From: Cenococcum geophilum
Lineage: Eukaryota
Direction of reading: 5' to 3'
DNA: 64,000 nt
Assembly (NCBI GenBank): GCA_050273025.1
Contig: CP158635.1
Span: 20,088,001 to 20,152,000, forward strand
Part shown: positions 24,026-37,500 of the stretch, one piece after another
Layout: each line of letters begins with the position of its first letter
Numbering within the stretch: the stretch's first letter is position 1
The notes under the pieces: model-generated
The model's database searches: none
What the model was told of the DNA's origin: nothing
What the model saw: the letters and a program-made list of their open reading frames with translations, nothing else
Translations under genes and position numbers: made by a program

Positions 24026-24856
24026 ATGTTTCAGAGATCAATTCGCTCCCGGCTACTCCTAACTGCATCACGACCAACAGCGAGGTTGGCAGCTGTCCCC
24101 AAACATCGGTATTACGCCAATGAACCCTCACTAAAAGCCAGCCCCAAGGATGCTCCTGTAGCAAAACCAGGCGACTCAGCGATGATTCGACAGAAGGGCG
24201 TAGCAGGGGGTCAGCCAAGACATCAGCCGGATTATAATGTTGCTATCGACTACCGGACATCGTGAGTGGACTGGAAAACATGGCCAACCTTAAGCATGTA
24301 ATGACAGCGCTAATACATACTATTAAGGAACTTCTCCCCTATCCCAAAACGCGTTATGGACGGCAGTGAACCTGGTGATTCTGTTGCTGCAGCAGTGCTC
24401 TCAGGTGCGCCGGTGGACCTCCAGGCACGAACCGTCAGGTGAGCCACCTAAATGGAACCCTAGCATTGCACTCGAATCACAGCCGATACTACTCTCTCTC
24501 ACTTTGTAACGAAGTCTTGAGGAGTCTGATTCTAATAACCTTATAGAATCTACCGCCCTACTAAAACAGCCACACAATCCGGAGACTGGCACTCGCACCA
24601 TTGGGTCATGGACTGGGACCCTCTCCCCAAAGGACATCGATGGGAAAACCCGCTCATGGGCTGGCAGTCTTCGGCTGATTTCATGCAAGGCTATAACTTG
24701 AACTTCAAATCAAAGGAAGACGCAATCAACTTCGCCAACAAGCAGGGATACGAGTATTTCGTGCAGGAGCCGAATGAAAGAAAGTTTATCCCTAAGGTCT
24801 ATGCGAATAACTTCGTGCACAGCCCGAAGAAGCTGAAGATTATTAGGACAAAGTAG
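24026..24856 (+). CDS. NDUFS4: NADH:ubiquinone oxidoreductase 21 kDa accessory subunit (NDUFS4/NUYM/nuo-21); exons 24026-24261, 24328-24438, 24547-24856
   Basis: Arg-rich presequence MFQRSIRSRLLL; LSGAPVDLQARTVRIYRPTKTATQSG; RWENPLMGWQSSADFMQG; FKSKEDAINFA; YANNF...KLKIIRTK. Confidence 0.96.
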
Positions 24857-26016
24857 GTCAAAGGAGGAGGGATAACATGGGGCTTGGAAATCAACAAAGG
24901 AAGGGATTGTAAATACCGGCTTAGCTTACTTTTGTAAAATTGAACCACGCCATTGTGAAAGGTCGTTAATGGCTAAAATCCACGAGACCAAAAACATGCT
25001 GTCCTGCAGTTTCGTTAACAAACTCATATTTTCACATGATATTTTACGCGGCCTTTTTGGTATTCGCCATATTGAAAACACATGTTGGACGAGTGAGGCA
25101 TCACCCCCTTATTGGCGCACTAATTCGTATAAACAACCTCACATGGTTTTCTAGAAAGACACAAGATCACGATGAGCATAATTGCCTCTTTCTTATCAAG
25201 CGCGAACACCCATTGACCATTACCTGTCTCGATGCCGATTTCCCTTCAAGCATACGAAGTCTAGCCTCTAAGATACAGAGAACTTAATACCAATCGAATT
25301 TGGCTCTGTACCTAATTATCATGAATATTACGTTTCCTTGTGAATAATGACTACTGATGAGACACTGCTTACAGATTGAGTAGACGCTGGGTTTCTTCTC
25401 GGTACTTTCAATCGAACATTTGAAGTCTCGATGGACCGTACATTAGTTGAGATATTTGGCACTTTTGGTCCTACCGTTATCGATAAGAGTTGGCTAATAG
25501 AATCAATTGGATCAAGGCTCCGTGATGAAAAATATCAGGTCGAAGAAGCTGTCAATTTCCATGTATAATTGCTATATACACTTAATCTTTGGAGTTAAGT
25601 TGCTCCAAATAAGGAAGCCAACACTCATCTTTTCTATAGAACGGTATGTGGTAGACGGGGCAGCCAAATAGAGTTCTTGGAGCTCTATGTCGCCTCCTCT
25701 AACTCTTACTACTACGAGCTTTACGAGCCGTATTTGGTGAGCACTCAAAGTCGATGGGACAAAATCTATATCATTGGATGGAGGATTAGAAGGCATGATT
25801 GATTAATGTATAAAGGTCTGGACCGGCTCGTGTACGCGGATGGTGTGTTAGCAACTCAGTCAATCGAGGCACGAGCACGGCAGGAAGGACGCATACAAGC
25901 CTGTACGATTGAATTGTCTACAGGGTCCGGGAGGTTCGGTGTCCCCCCCTGGGGCGCGCAGCAGCGGTGGCATCCAATTTCGCTTGAGCTTCGCCTAAAT
26001 TAGTATGTAGAGCTCT

Positions 26017-26752
26017 CAGGAAGGGGTGTAGTACGTGGTTAGGGCTTGAACCACGGCCCACCTCGAATTCGGAGCTCTGAGCTCGATTTTGAAGCTATTC
26101 TGAACTCCTCTCCCCTACCAAATTGTAATATCACCTCTGGATCTTGGTGTTTTACCCCGTTGCCTTCCTTAATATGGCTCCAAATCTGGGTGACTAGCAG
26201 TACGCCTTTATTTAAAATCCTTCTTATAGCCGGCGCCAGTATGAGTGTATGTGCCCGCGTTTGAAGCTTATATTGATAGGAGAAAGAGGCTTTATAATAC
26301 TACGACTTTTGGTAAGGGAGAGGAGTTTAGAATAGCTTCGAATTGAGCTTAGAGCTCCGAATTCGAGGTAGGCCGTGATTCAAGACCTAACCACGTACTA
26401 CAGTAAAACCTCCTTAGTACGATATGGGGTATATAACGATATCTTCTGTATTACGACCTGCACCCCTTAATCAAGCCTTTTTTGGTGTAATGTTACGATA
26501 ATCTGACTTTTGACAATATCGTTAGGCACCTACCACCAATATCGGTATAATCAGTAGAGAATTTGTATGGGAAGGGGCCCTATTTAGCCCGCGAGGTAGA
26601 CATCCTAAGCCTTTTTAGGCATTAAGCTCTTCTTTTTCCTGCTTATTTACCCAACACGTAACTCCTGATATAACAATACCATTAGTATTACGATACGCTC
26701 GGCCGAACAAACGGTATCGTACTAAAGATATTTTACTATACACCCTTTCCTG
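26017..26752. mobile_element. MITE with ~105-bp TIRs (possibly Mutator-type); right TIR split by a second MITE
   Basis: Left TIR caggaaggggtgtagtacgtggttaggg...cccctacca matches rc of 26310-26400 plus 26739-26752 (tacaccctttcctg). TSD not identifiable. Confidence 0.85.
26401..26738. mobile_element. Tc1/mariner-pogo type MITE, TA target duplication
   Basis: TIR cagtaaaacctccttagtacgata versus tatcgtactaaagatattttacta; flanked by TA at 26399-26400 and 26739-26740. Confidence 0.85.
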
Positions 26753-27335
26753 CTATAGTGATGTAAGCGGATATTGCGGATATCTAATTCATTAATTTAT
26801 GTAACGCGTTATTATTACCACACGTAGTTATTTTTTTTTTTAAGACTTAGGGCTTTGAAATAGTATAAATGTTATTATACGGCTATTACTTAGTCCTAAT
26901 ATTAATTTCGTTAAAGTTAAAAAACGCATTATTAAAATTATAAGCATATATTATATTTTATTAAATAGTCTACTAATATAGATAAAACTATATAGATCTA
27001 TAAATATCTACTACTTAAAGTTATTGCAATACCTAGTAAATACTATAGTTAGGTCCTTCCTTAAAAATATCCTTTCTTAGCCTAAAGTGCCTCTACTACT
27101 ACTTGACGCTATATCTATATAAAAAACCTACTATAGCTTAGAAGAAAAGCACTAGTTATTAAAATTAGAAGACTATAGTTAAATAGGAATACTAGTAGGT
27201 CTTATAGAGTTTATAGAAGCTAGATAATTGTATATAGGAGAATTTTATATCCCTAGTAGAGAGGTAGTTATAGGATATATAAAATAAGCTTCTAGCCTTA
27301 TAGGAGGCAAGTAAAAATAAACAGTTAAGCTTAAT

Positions 27336-27606
27336 TGTATAATTATAGCACCTATTATACTAACCGCGTGCTTACGCGTTTGGTATACCAGGTACGCGTT
27401 TACGCGTTTAGTGTACTAACTACTCGCTTACGCGTCTAGTGCACTTATAAAGCACTAACTAATTAGGGGGGAGGTGTATTAGTATATAGACTACGTAGTC
27501 TGCTTTATATAATCGACAGTTACTATTATCTAAAAGAGTATACGATACTATACGTATTTCGTGCCCCTAGATTTAACTCACTTATGCTATTAAATTAGTA
27601 CGAATA
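27336..27606 (+). repeat. Copia 5' LTR
   Basis: tgtataattatagcacc...ttagtacgaata, direct repeat of 41905-42175. Confidence 0.95.
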
Positions 27607-30600
27607 CTGATTAGTAAGCGCGTATAGATTAGTAATTACTTAATACCTCCCCCTAAGCGATACTTAATAGCGACCACCCGTTTAGACTCCTAGTACGACT
27701 TACTAGAAGGTTAGAAGTTAGGGATTATAGACTTATCTCTAACTCTATATACTTATTTAAGTCTTAATATAGTTTACTAAAAGTATAATAAACGCGAATA
27801 TAGACCTATATAGAACCCCTACCCTTAAACCTTAAACCCCTATTCCTACTATACCTCTCTTAACCTCTTTTTAGACCCCTTATAGAGACCCTTTACCCTT
27901 TTATAAACCGTTACGGACCCGTTAATTACCTTTATAGACTGTTATAAAACCTTTTACTCTTCTGCGAACTATTATGGACTTACTAACCGCCTTTATAGAC
28001 TACTATAAGACCTCTTTTACCTACTATGTATTATACTATATAATATAGTATAGTAGACCTAAGAAAGCAAGTTAATAAAGGTTAGGAAAAGTAGAGGTAG
28101 GGAGTTAACCTTATGTCTATACCTAACGTTAATAACTATATTAAATTTAAAGTTCTTAAATATAAATATTTTAAGCTTATAAATGTTAACCTATAGGAGT
28201 AATACTAGGAAGACTTCGCGGACTTTACGGAAGCTATCTTTAAAGTATATAACCCTACTACTATCCGTAACCTACGGACCCTCTTACGTAACTAAGGTAT
28301 ATAGGTTAAAAGGAATAAATAAGTTACTGTTATATAATCCTTATATAACATAATATATAAAAAGGACTAAACGGAATAGACTAAAGAGGAAATCCTAGAC
28401 CAGTTCTAAGAAACTAAGGAACTCTTTACTTCTTCTAAACTTAATATAATTGCTAGCCTTATACCTAACCTACTTAACTAAATTCGTCCTATAAACCTAA
28501 GTAGTTTTAGAATTAATCTTATAGGCTAAAGTATACCTAGTACTTAAGTTACGGACTATAATACCCCCGTAAACCAAAATACGGACCAAATTACTTCTAT
28601 TATTTAAGTTATAGATCCGCAAGCCATATATCCGCAAACTATATATCTATAAGCTATATATCCGCAAGCTATAGATCTATAAGTTATAGATCTGCAACCC
28701 ACCTAAGTAAAGACCTATAGTAAGGAGCTAGCTAACCTAGCTAAGTTCTATACTAATAAATCTAAGTATAGTGGTAAAAATAATAACTTTAACTTTAAAC
28801 TAACCATCTTTATAGACCTCTGTTAGAAGGCTAATATTCCTAAATAGGAGTTTAGCTAAGCCTACTCTACTATACTACGCGGCCTAGTACTTAACTACTA
28901 CTACACTAACCTTAAGAGTAACCCCCTTAGTGTTCCCTTTAATAAGCTATGCGAAGCTACCCGTAACTACTTTAAAGAACTAAAATATAAGCGTAATATC
29001 CTTACCTAATAGAATGCGACTAAGCTATGGACTATAATTAATAAGAATATTAAAAAATCGACTATAGAGTGCCTGTAAATTCTTATTAAAGACCTCCGGC
29101 ACCTATAGTACGGCCTTAACGCTAAGCTTTAAATAGACGACTTTCTGTATAATAAACTTATTATGGCCTACTAAGAAGTAGAGCCCTATAAGTACGCCTA
29201 CTATAAGCCTATAGATATCTTAGCTAGCCTTATTAATAATCTACGCTCCTCTATTATAATGTATAAAGTCTTAAACCCACTAGGCAGTACTTAAGCCTTT
29301 ATTATGGATATTTAATATCCGTAAATAGACTTAGACGTCTACTTTATAGACCGCCGCTACCGCTAGTAGCACCTATACCAACTAAGTCCTACCTGTAACC
29401 CCTATAGCAACCCCTATATGAAAATATACCCCTATAGACAAACTAGCCAGAAGTGCTTTATATGCGGTAAAGAAGGATATTGGTCTATAAGGCATACCTA
29501 GAAAAAACGTAATAAGTTTAGGAAAAGACTTAATAGCTATATTAACTAGTTTATTTTAGAATATAAAGGAAAGGAAGTAGAAGAGCCCCCTAATAAGTTA
29601 ATAGAAGCCCTTATAATTGACTTTAACTTAAACGCTTAGGAATAAGAGACCTTAAAGATATTTTTAACTACTTTTGGACCTTTTACGGACAGCTAAGCCT
29701 TTAATATTACGACTATATTAGCTAACTGTTCCTTTATACACTTAATTACGCCTAAAAACTATTTTGTAAGTACCCCTATTATAGACGTTATAGATTATAA
29801 GTAGGACCTATTTATATATATTACTATAAAACGCTATACCCCTAAGGAATTTTACAGTGTTATAATCGATATAGGTGCCTTTAAGAAGTCTACTATAGGC
29901 TATAGATAATACCTTATATATAGGACCACTATAAATAACAATACGGATATTAATATTACGTAAACTAGGGCCGTAAACGTCTAATTCGGCATCAGCTTAA
30001 CCGTATTAATTAGATTAGTTAAAGTTAAAACTCTAATTAGCCTAGTTAACTTCTACGTAGTAAAAGCGGACACCCCCTTCCTACTCTATCTTATAGATAT
30101 GGATAGGTTATAGGTATATTATAATAATGTTACGGACACCCTAATTAGCCCTATAACTACCCTAGGAAGCAAGTATATTACCTTACTAATTATATAACAA
30201 TTTAGATACCCGTTCCTTATATAGGGAGAGACTTTATAGACCTATATTTAGGAATCTTTTGACTATAACCTATACTACCTTACTAGTACGGAAATCTACT
30301 ACCTATACCGCTGTTTCGGCCACCTGTTAGCTAAAAAAATATAGAGAGTCCTTAAACACTCTAGATATAATGACGTTAATAGGAAAATAATTAACCACCT
30401 AACTAAATACTGCTCCTTTTACTAGAAATACGGACGTTCCCTAGGCCGATTTAAGTTTACCCTTTATAAGGATCTTAATTTTAACCACTTAGTATACGTA
30501 GATATTATATATATTAACGGCAGCCTAGTATTATATATAATTAATAAGGTAACCCGCTACTAAGCCGCCTATTAGTTGTAAAATATATCTATAAAATATA

Positions 30601-31899
30601 CTTAGGATATTTTACGGACCTACTAGATTAATATATACCTTAGACCTCCTAAGTATATTACCTATAATGCTAGTAGGAACTTTATTAGTAAGGAATTCTA
30701 ATAGTATGCTATGGCCATAGCTATTTTAACAAAAGCTATTCTAGTTAAGGCGTACTAGTTTATTAGGCTTATTAAGTAAGCTTACCTAGCTCTATGGAGA
30801 GCTTACTAGATTATTATAGATAAGTATAAGGATATCTAAAAGGAACTAGCTTTACAGATGGCCGTAAAAGCCGTTAATAATACCGCTAGCCTTAACGGAT
30901 TAGTACCTACCCTCTTGGTTTATAAAGCCTATCTAAGAATAAGTAAACTAAACCCTCTTACCCCGTTTATTATAGACCGAGCAGCTATAATATAGAAGGT
31001 AATAGCCGAAATAGTTAAATTACGGCCCAAACAAACTACTAATAACGCCCTATACTACCGTAACGGACCTAACACAACCTTAGTTTATAACCTCCTACTT
31101 AATTCTAAAGTCCTTATATAGCGTAAGAGCGGCAACTAGACTGGACCTTATTGTCTACTAGCCGTAGAAAACGAGATATGCTATATATAGCTTTTTAGTA
31201 GGCTAACTAGCTTTAGAAGTACGTTTATAAAACCCTACTTTTAATCTAAAAACACTTATAATGTCGAGCTAGATAAACTAGAAGTACCTGCCGAATTAAA
31301 TAAACTAAAAGCACCCTTGCCTACCCTAGAGGTTCTCTAAAAACCTACTAAACCTACTAAACCTACCATAAAGCGTGGCTAAGGACGCCCCCGTAAGAAC
31401 CCCGTAATAGAGAATTACTTAACCTCTATAGGCATATCTATAAAGCAATCTCCGCCTATAAATATATTAGTTTTAGTATATAATTATAATTATAATATTT
31501 AATTACGCTATTGCGGCTCCCGTTAAGGTCCATGCAGCGGGTCTATATAGGTATATATATATATATATATAAGAGGGGAACCGTACCGCTAGGGCCGGAT
31601 AAAACCTCTCCTTCTCTTGTTATACGGCCTATATGGCTTATTATATGGCCTATATAGCCTCTCTTCTAATTAGTAACTACTAAGTACAAGTAAACGTCTC
31701 TTTAAGGCGCTATAGAAAAGCCATCTTAATACGTACTCCTAGGTTTATCTAGTGGGGTATATAGCTAGGGCCTAGGTTCCGTTCCTAGCTACTCTAGTTA
31801 TCTAGGTAAGGTATAAACCGGTAGCCTATAAGGCTAGTAGTAGTATAGAAGGTTCCGTTATTTATATCTGCATTAATATACGCAGCTCTATACCTTACT

Positions 31900-32230
31900 A
31901 AGTTTTATTAGGTTCTATTAAGATATTAACCTCTACTAAATTCTACCAGGTTACTAGATTCTATTAAATTTTATTAGGTTGCTAAAGTTCTACTAACTTC
32001 TATTAGGTTATTAGATTCTGCTAGGTTGCTAAGATTCTACCAAATTCTATTAGGTTGCTAGAACTCTGCTAAATTCTATTAGGTTGCTAAAATTCTGCTA
32101 ACTTCTATTAGGTTGCCAAATTCTACTAAATTCTGCTAGGTTAATAAGTTTTACCAAATTCTACTAGGTTACTAGAGTTCTGCCAACTTCTACTAGGTTG
32201 CTATTTGCAAAATTCTACTATATTTTACTA
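31900..32230. repeat. Imperfect tandem array of TTCTGCYARA/GGTTGCYAGA-like 9-10 bp units in the LINE-1 3' UTR
   Basis: Directly visible, with ~29-bp higher-order period. Confidence 0.85.
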
Positions 32231-32773
32231 TCCCTATAGTATTTATCCTCCGCCTCTTAAAGCACTTCCTAGCCTCTTTTTTTTACCCTAGCTAGCTCTC
32301 TAGCAAATAAAAGGTGTAGTAAGAGGTTTGTTTGCATAAACCAGTCCATAACTACTTTAGTAGCCTTTAGCTTAGTTAGGAGCTCTTTATATAAGGATAT
32401 TCTAGTATAGTAATATATTTCCGTCTAGCTAGTAGCGTATCTAGGGCAGAATACCACTATATACATTATTAATTATTAGCTATAGCCGCATAGGTTTTTT
32501 TTATTTTTTTATTTTTTTTTATATCCGTTGTATTATACTACGTACAATACTGCGCATGCAGCCTCTGGGCTATGGCGCTATAGTTCTATATACATAAATC
32601 CTTTCTAGGCAGCTTAATATGTACTAGTAGCTATGTCCTAGTAGTTTATAAACCCCTAAATTAGGAGTTTATAGTTTCTTAGTAAAAATACTAAAATACT
32701 ACAACTACTAGGGAATGAGAAAATGGTGAGAAAAACTGTAAGAAATCCTAACCCCCGTCCCTGTCCTTTTGCT

Positions 32774-33133
32774 CAGTGATGGCAATAATTAGTTAGTTAG
32801 TTACGATTATGTTATATTATATAGGAACATAACTAACCTAATCATAATCGCACCTGCTGATTATATTACGTAGATATAACTATATAATCAACCGCGGAAA
32901 TAGCGGAAATAAAAAGAGGGAGAGGTAGAGCTTTGGGGGAGAGCTCTAGGTAAGCTCTAGGCAAGTGTGTTATCTACACGTGAGTTTTCACGTGTAGATA
33001 ATATCACGTGGAAGCCCGTGCCTAAAAGATGTAATCAATGTAACTATATAACCAAATCAGAATCACTTTCTTTGATTATATAATAATCGGAATCATGGGG
33101 CTGATTATGGTTATATAGTTATTGCCATCACTA
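32774..33133. mobile_element. hAT-type MITE, 360 bp
   Basis: TIR cagtgatggcaataa / ttattgccatcacta; perfect 8-bp TSD CTTTTGCT (32766-32773, 33134-33141). Confidence 0.95.
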
Positions 33134-33203
33134 CTTTTGCTCTCTACTATCTTTTAACCTAAAAGCCTAGTAGGAGTTACCTCCTTCTAAACTCCTATTA
33201 ATT

Positions 33204-34589
33204 TTATTCTTCCATAGAATCTTCTACACCAGTACTATATACTAGTTTAGCTGCTCTAAGATTCTCGCAGTCTCTGCTATTAGCAAAGTGTTTTTCTTTA
33301 CAATTAATGCAAAGAGGGGTGGTATGCTTGCAAGGCCTGCCGCTTATTAAGCAGGTAGAACAGCAGTGGTCTTTAGATAGATATGCAGCCGCATAATATC
33401 TACAGGCCCTAGTAGAGCATCTGTCTCCTATATAGCCAAATTTTTGGCAGCTATTACACTGCGTAGTAGGAGAGACTTTGAGGTATTTTACTACCTTAGT
33501 AGCTGTACCTGCAATTGATATCTCTTTTTGCTTGAGGATTTCTTGTCTTTTTTCTTCGTTCTCTATAGTAAAAACTATAGAGCCAAATCTAGTCTATAGA
33601 TCGTGTCTTTTTACACTAGATGAGATCCATCTAGGTAGTCCTTATATCCTTATAGGATTAAAAGTCTCTATTTCTTCTTTTAGAAGCTTAGAGCCTCCTT
33701 CTCCTAAGAAAGGTAGGGTAGGAACCCTATGGGCTATAATTTGAACCCATGGTTCTAATTTTTGTTCTCTTTGAAAGGTAAAGCAGTTATGCCAGATTTC
33801 CTTATATTTGACTAGGAAATCTGCATTATACTCTTCCGTAGTCGTAAGGAGAATATTTTGTTTTCCTTTAGTTCTGGCTATAGATGCTAAAACCGGTTTT
33901 TCTACTTGCAGTTTTAATGCAAATAGTTAATTGACTTTGTTTCGTATAGAGAAGGTATCTAGAGGTTGGTCCTTTTGGTCTATAATTAGGACTAGCTTTC
34001 TTTCTTATAGCTGCTTTTTCTTACTTCTAGTAGAAGTAGAAGGAGTAGGAAATGGTAGTAACGAGGAGGGTAGAGAGGACGAAGTAGGGAGGTCCTTTTT
34101 TAGCCTCTCTGCGTAGGTTTCTTTAGTAGGGGCTACCTCCTTACGGAGAGCTCTTACTTCTTCAACTAGTCCTTTTAGGACATCTTTTGTCTTTTCTTTT
34201 CCTTTTATAAAGGGATTTTCTCCTACTAGGATACTACGTGTATAGTCCTCTAGCTGTTTAACTTGTTCCTTTTTGTCTTCTTCTTCTTCTTCTTCTAGCC
34301 CTTTATAGGCCTGGATTAGGCTATCTAGAGCCTTTTATAGGTGTTGTTTTGGAGAAAGGGGAGAGAAAGATATACTAGGTATACCAGCCGTGAAAGTCAT
34401 TAGTTTGGTTGTCTTTTTTGCAGGTTTTTAGTTTTCTTTTTTAGTAGAAGACTGAGGATGTCCTCTTTTTTCTCCTGTCCCAAATAGGCCAGGAGAAGGA
34501 GAAGGGCCAGAAAAGGTGAATGTAGATATAGACTCATTATCACTTATTTCTATAGGAGGTTTCTTTTTAGGCCTACCGGGCCTTGGCAT
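33204..34589 (-). pseudogene. LINE ORF1/gag-like zinc-knuckle protein, 461 codons, a few RIP stops
   Basis: MPRPGRPKKKP...TYAERLKK...WVQIIAHRVPT...PRWISS...GSIVFTI...TTQCNSCQKFGY...ACRYYAAAY...CSTC...CINCKEKHFANSRDCE; no frameshift. Confidence 0.88.
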
Positions 34590-37500
34590 TGTGTCTCTTA
34601 TAGGGGGGTTTTCCTAGTTTTTACTATCCTTATACCCTTTCTCCTTACTAATCCTACTAGAAGATTTCTGAGGAGATTAGGCTAAGAGGTAGTAGGGAAA
34701 CTAGCCCCTATTTTGTAGTTTTGGTATTAGTAGTATTGGTAGTAGTGGTAGTAGTTTTGGTGTTCCTGTCCGTACCTCGCTTATAAGCTAGGGCCACCTT
34801 TAAAGAAATTTTTTTGTTAGGAGAAAGGGGGTAAAACGACAAATAAATCCACCTCTAGCTCGCTAGGCAGTAGGAATTAGGTCTTAAAAGTTAGAAAATC
34901 GATTGTTTTTGATGGTAAGATGGGTATGCGTAAGTTTTGGAGTGTGGCGCTACCTTTTGGTAAGGTTGCATGTGTGGTGAAGCTTTTGTAGCCGCATAGG
35001 TAGGTTAGGGTTAGGTGCCCTAGTACTTTTTAGTAATAGAGGTATCTATTAAGCCCTATATACTTAGTTCTAAGCAGCATATTAATTATACTCTTTACCT
35101 TTATAAGCCTTACGTGGCGTTTAAAAACTTCCTTGTTTTATAGCTCGGCCTAGGCCGTTATATAGTAGGTAAATATACTCTAATACTTTTCCTATTCCCT
35201 TTTTTACCGCTTTTTAAACGCCTCTTATACCCTAGCCCTTCTACTTCTCTTATACTGCGCTTTAGATAGGTTTATTAGCCGTATATCTATCCCTAAAATA
35301 GCAACCGCTATCCTCTTAAGCTTATCCCATCTAGTGGGCCGTATTAGTAGCTTTATTCTAGGCTAGAGTTAGTAGGCTATCGTGGCCTATATAGTATTGC
35401 ACTCCCTCTTAATATACTCTCTTACCAGTCCTTCCCGTGTCCTTTTTGCGTAGGCTATAGCTAGCTCTTTAAGGTATATCTAAAGCGGCGGAAACCCCGT
35501 CTTATACTCTAGTACTACTATTAGCGTTAATTTATACGCCCCCGTAATAGTATAAAGGTATAGGTTCTATACTACGCCTAGCTAGCACAGCTTAGTTTTA
35601 CTTATCTTTTTAGGCTTTATCCACTCTGGTAGCAAGTACTAGATACTATATATATATAAAATTACCAGCCGGATTACGGCGGAGTATATTATCTGTGCCT
35701 TTTAGAAAGAAGCGCCCTATATAGAGGCCGTAAGCCGGGTTAGTATAGCTATTTAGGTAATCGCCTTCGTCTTAACGATATTAACGTATGGTCCCTATTT
35801 AAGCTTTAAGTTAACTTATACCCCTAATATATATAGGTTACTAACTAGGCCTTCTATAAAGCCATATATGTTAGCTATAGCCTTTATATTAAACTTCTTA
35901 TGGCTCCTTATAAAATAAATAAGGTGGTACTTTTTAGGGGTAAACACTACCCTATACCGGCGTGCCTATGCCATATATACCTTATACGCCCTTTCTATAG
36001 TTCTATAGTTTTCCTCCGTAGTCTTGCTATATATTAGTATATTAGAGTTATTAACAAATCTAAATACTATAGTGGTTCCCCCTTATAGCTCTAGTAGGAG
36101 TATATAGGCAAAAAAGAGGAATAGGATTGGCGATAGCGCTAAGCCTTAGGGTATACCGGTGTTCGTTTATATTATTTATACTATATATCCTCTAATTAAG
36201 AGCCTTATTATTTAATCCTTAAGGAAGGACTTTATAAACTGTACTATCCAGTAGGGTATGGCTTAGGCCTTTATATTATAGATTATTCTTTTATAGAAGA
36301 CTTGGTCGAAGGCCCTGGAAATATTAAGGCTAAGTAATAAGGCTACTAGGTTTAGGTTACTCCTCCACACTATATATACCTATTAGATTAGTAGCTCTAG
36401 TGCTATTTACATTAAGCGCCCCGGCCTTGCTCCTATTTAACTAGCTAGTAGTATACCCGTCTCCTCTATAATTTTAGATAATTAGCTGGCTACTATTCTC
36501 TTAAGTAGCTTCCCAATGGTATTAAGCAGCGCGATCGGCCGGTAGGCCTTTGCCGTGGTATAGGATAGCTTTTATAGTTTCTAAAGGACTACTATAATAA
36601 AGTCTTTAAACGGTTTTAGGTAATATCTAATTACTATATAGCTGCTAAAGAGTTTAGCCAGCACTAGGGCTAGCTACTCTCCGCACATCTTAAGGAATTA
36701 GTTAGTAATCTTCTTTAGACCTAAAGCCTTATTAGGGGCAAGCCCCTTTAGGGCCGTAATAATATCCTCCTTCTTAACTACTTCCTTTACTATTCGCGGC
36801 TCCAGGTATATAAACCCTAGTATATTATTAAGGTCCACCTCTACCAGCAGTAAGAAGAACTACTCTATAAGGATAGTGGCCTTTTCCTTATTATTATAGT
36901 ATAGGGTCTCCTCTCCTAGTCTGCTAATAGGAGGAAACTATAGTAGGGCCTTAGGCTTCCCGTCCGCTATACGCGCCTATTTTACTATCCTCTATATCCC
37001 TTTAGGGTTATTTATTAGCTTTTTAACAGTCCTCCTCTATAGCTTATTAGCCTCTTATTAGATTGCCCTTTTCTTCTTATTCTATACAACTCTATAGTTA
37101 ATCTAGTTAGGTATTAACTAAGAGACTTTCCACGCCTAGAAGGCCTGTTGGGTTTCCTTTACCACTTCTATATATTCCTCTAACTATACTTTAGAGGCTT
37201 ACGGCGAGGGCCACGCGTTAGGTACTATTTTTGCTATAGTGTTCTTAATCGCTTAGTATATAGCCTCTACTAATATATCTAGTTTATCTCTTATATCGCA
37301 CGGGAGTCTATATAGGGGCTAAAGTCGACCCTCTAGCTCGTTCTACACTACCTTCTAATTAGCCTTCTTCTATAGCGGTCTCCTAGGTAAAAAGGGCCCC
37401 TCTAACATCTCTACGTCTACCTCCGTAATAATAGGAAAGTGGTTAGACCCTATATACCAGCGGTCTTGTCTTTAACTCTATAGCAGCCTATTAGTAATTT

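Larger units (their letters stand above)
32495..34986 (-). mobile_element. ORF1(gag)-only non-autonomous non-LTR retroelement with poly(A) tail
   Basis: 14-bp TSD t(a/g)tagccgcatagg (32481-32494, 34987-35000) and T-rich tail at 32495-32520. Single gag-like ORF; no RT or endonuclease seen. Confidence 0.88.

Noticed and set aside
24969..26003. Short ORFs downstream of NDUFS4
   Set aside because: No domain similarity or splice-consistent model; may be a decayed fragment but unsupported.
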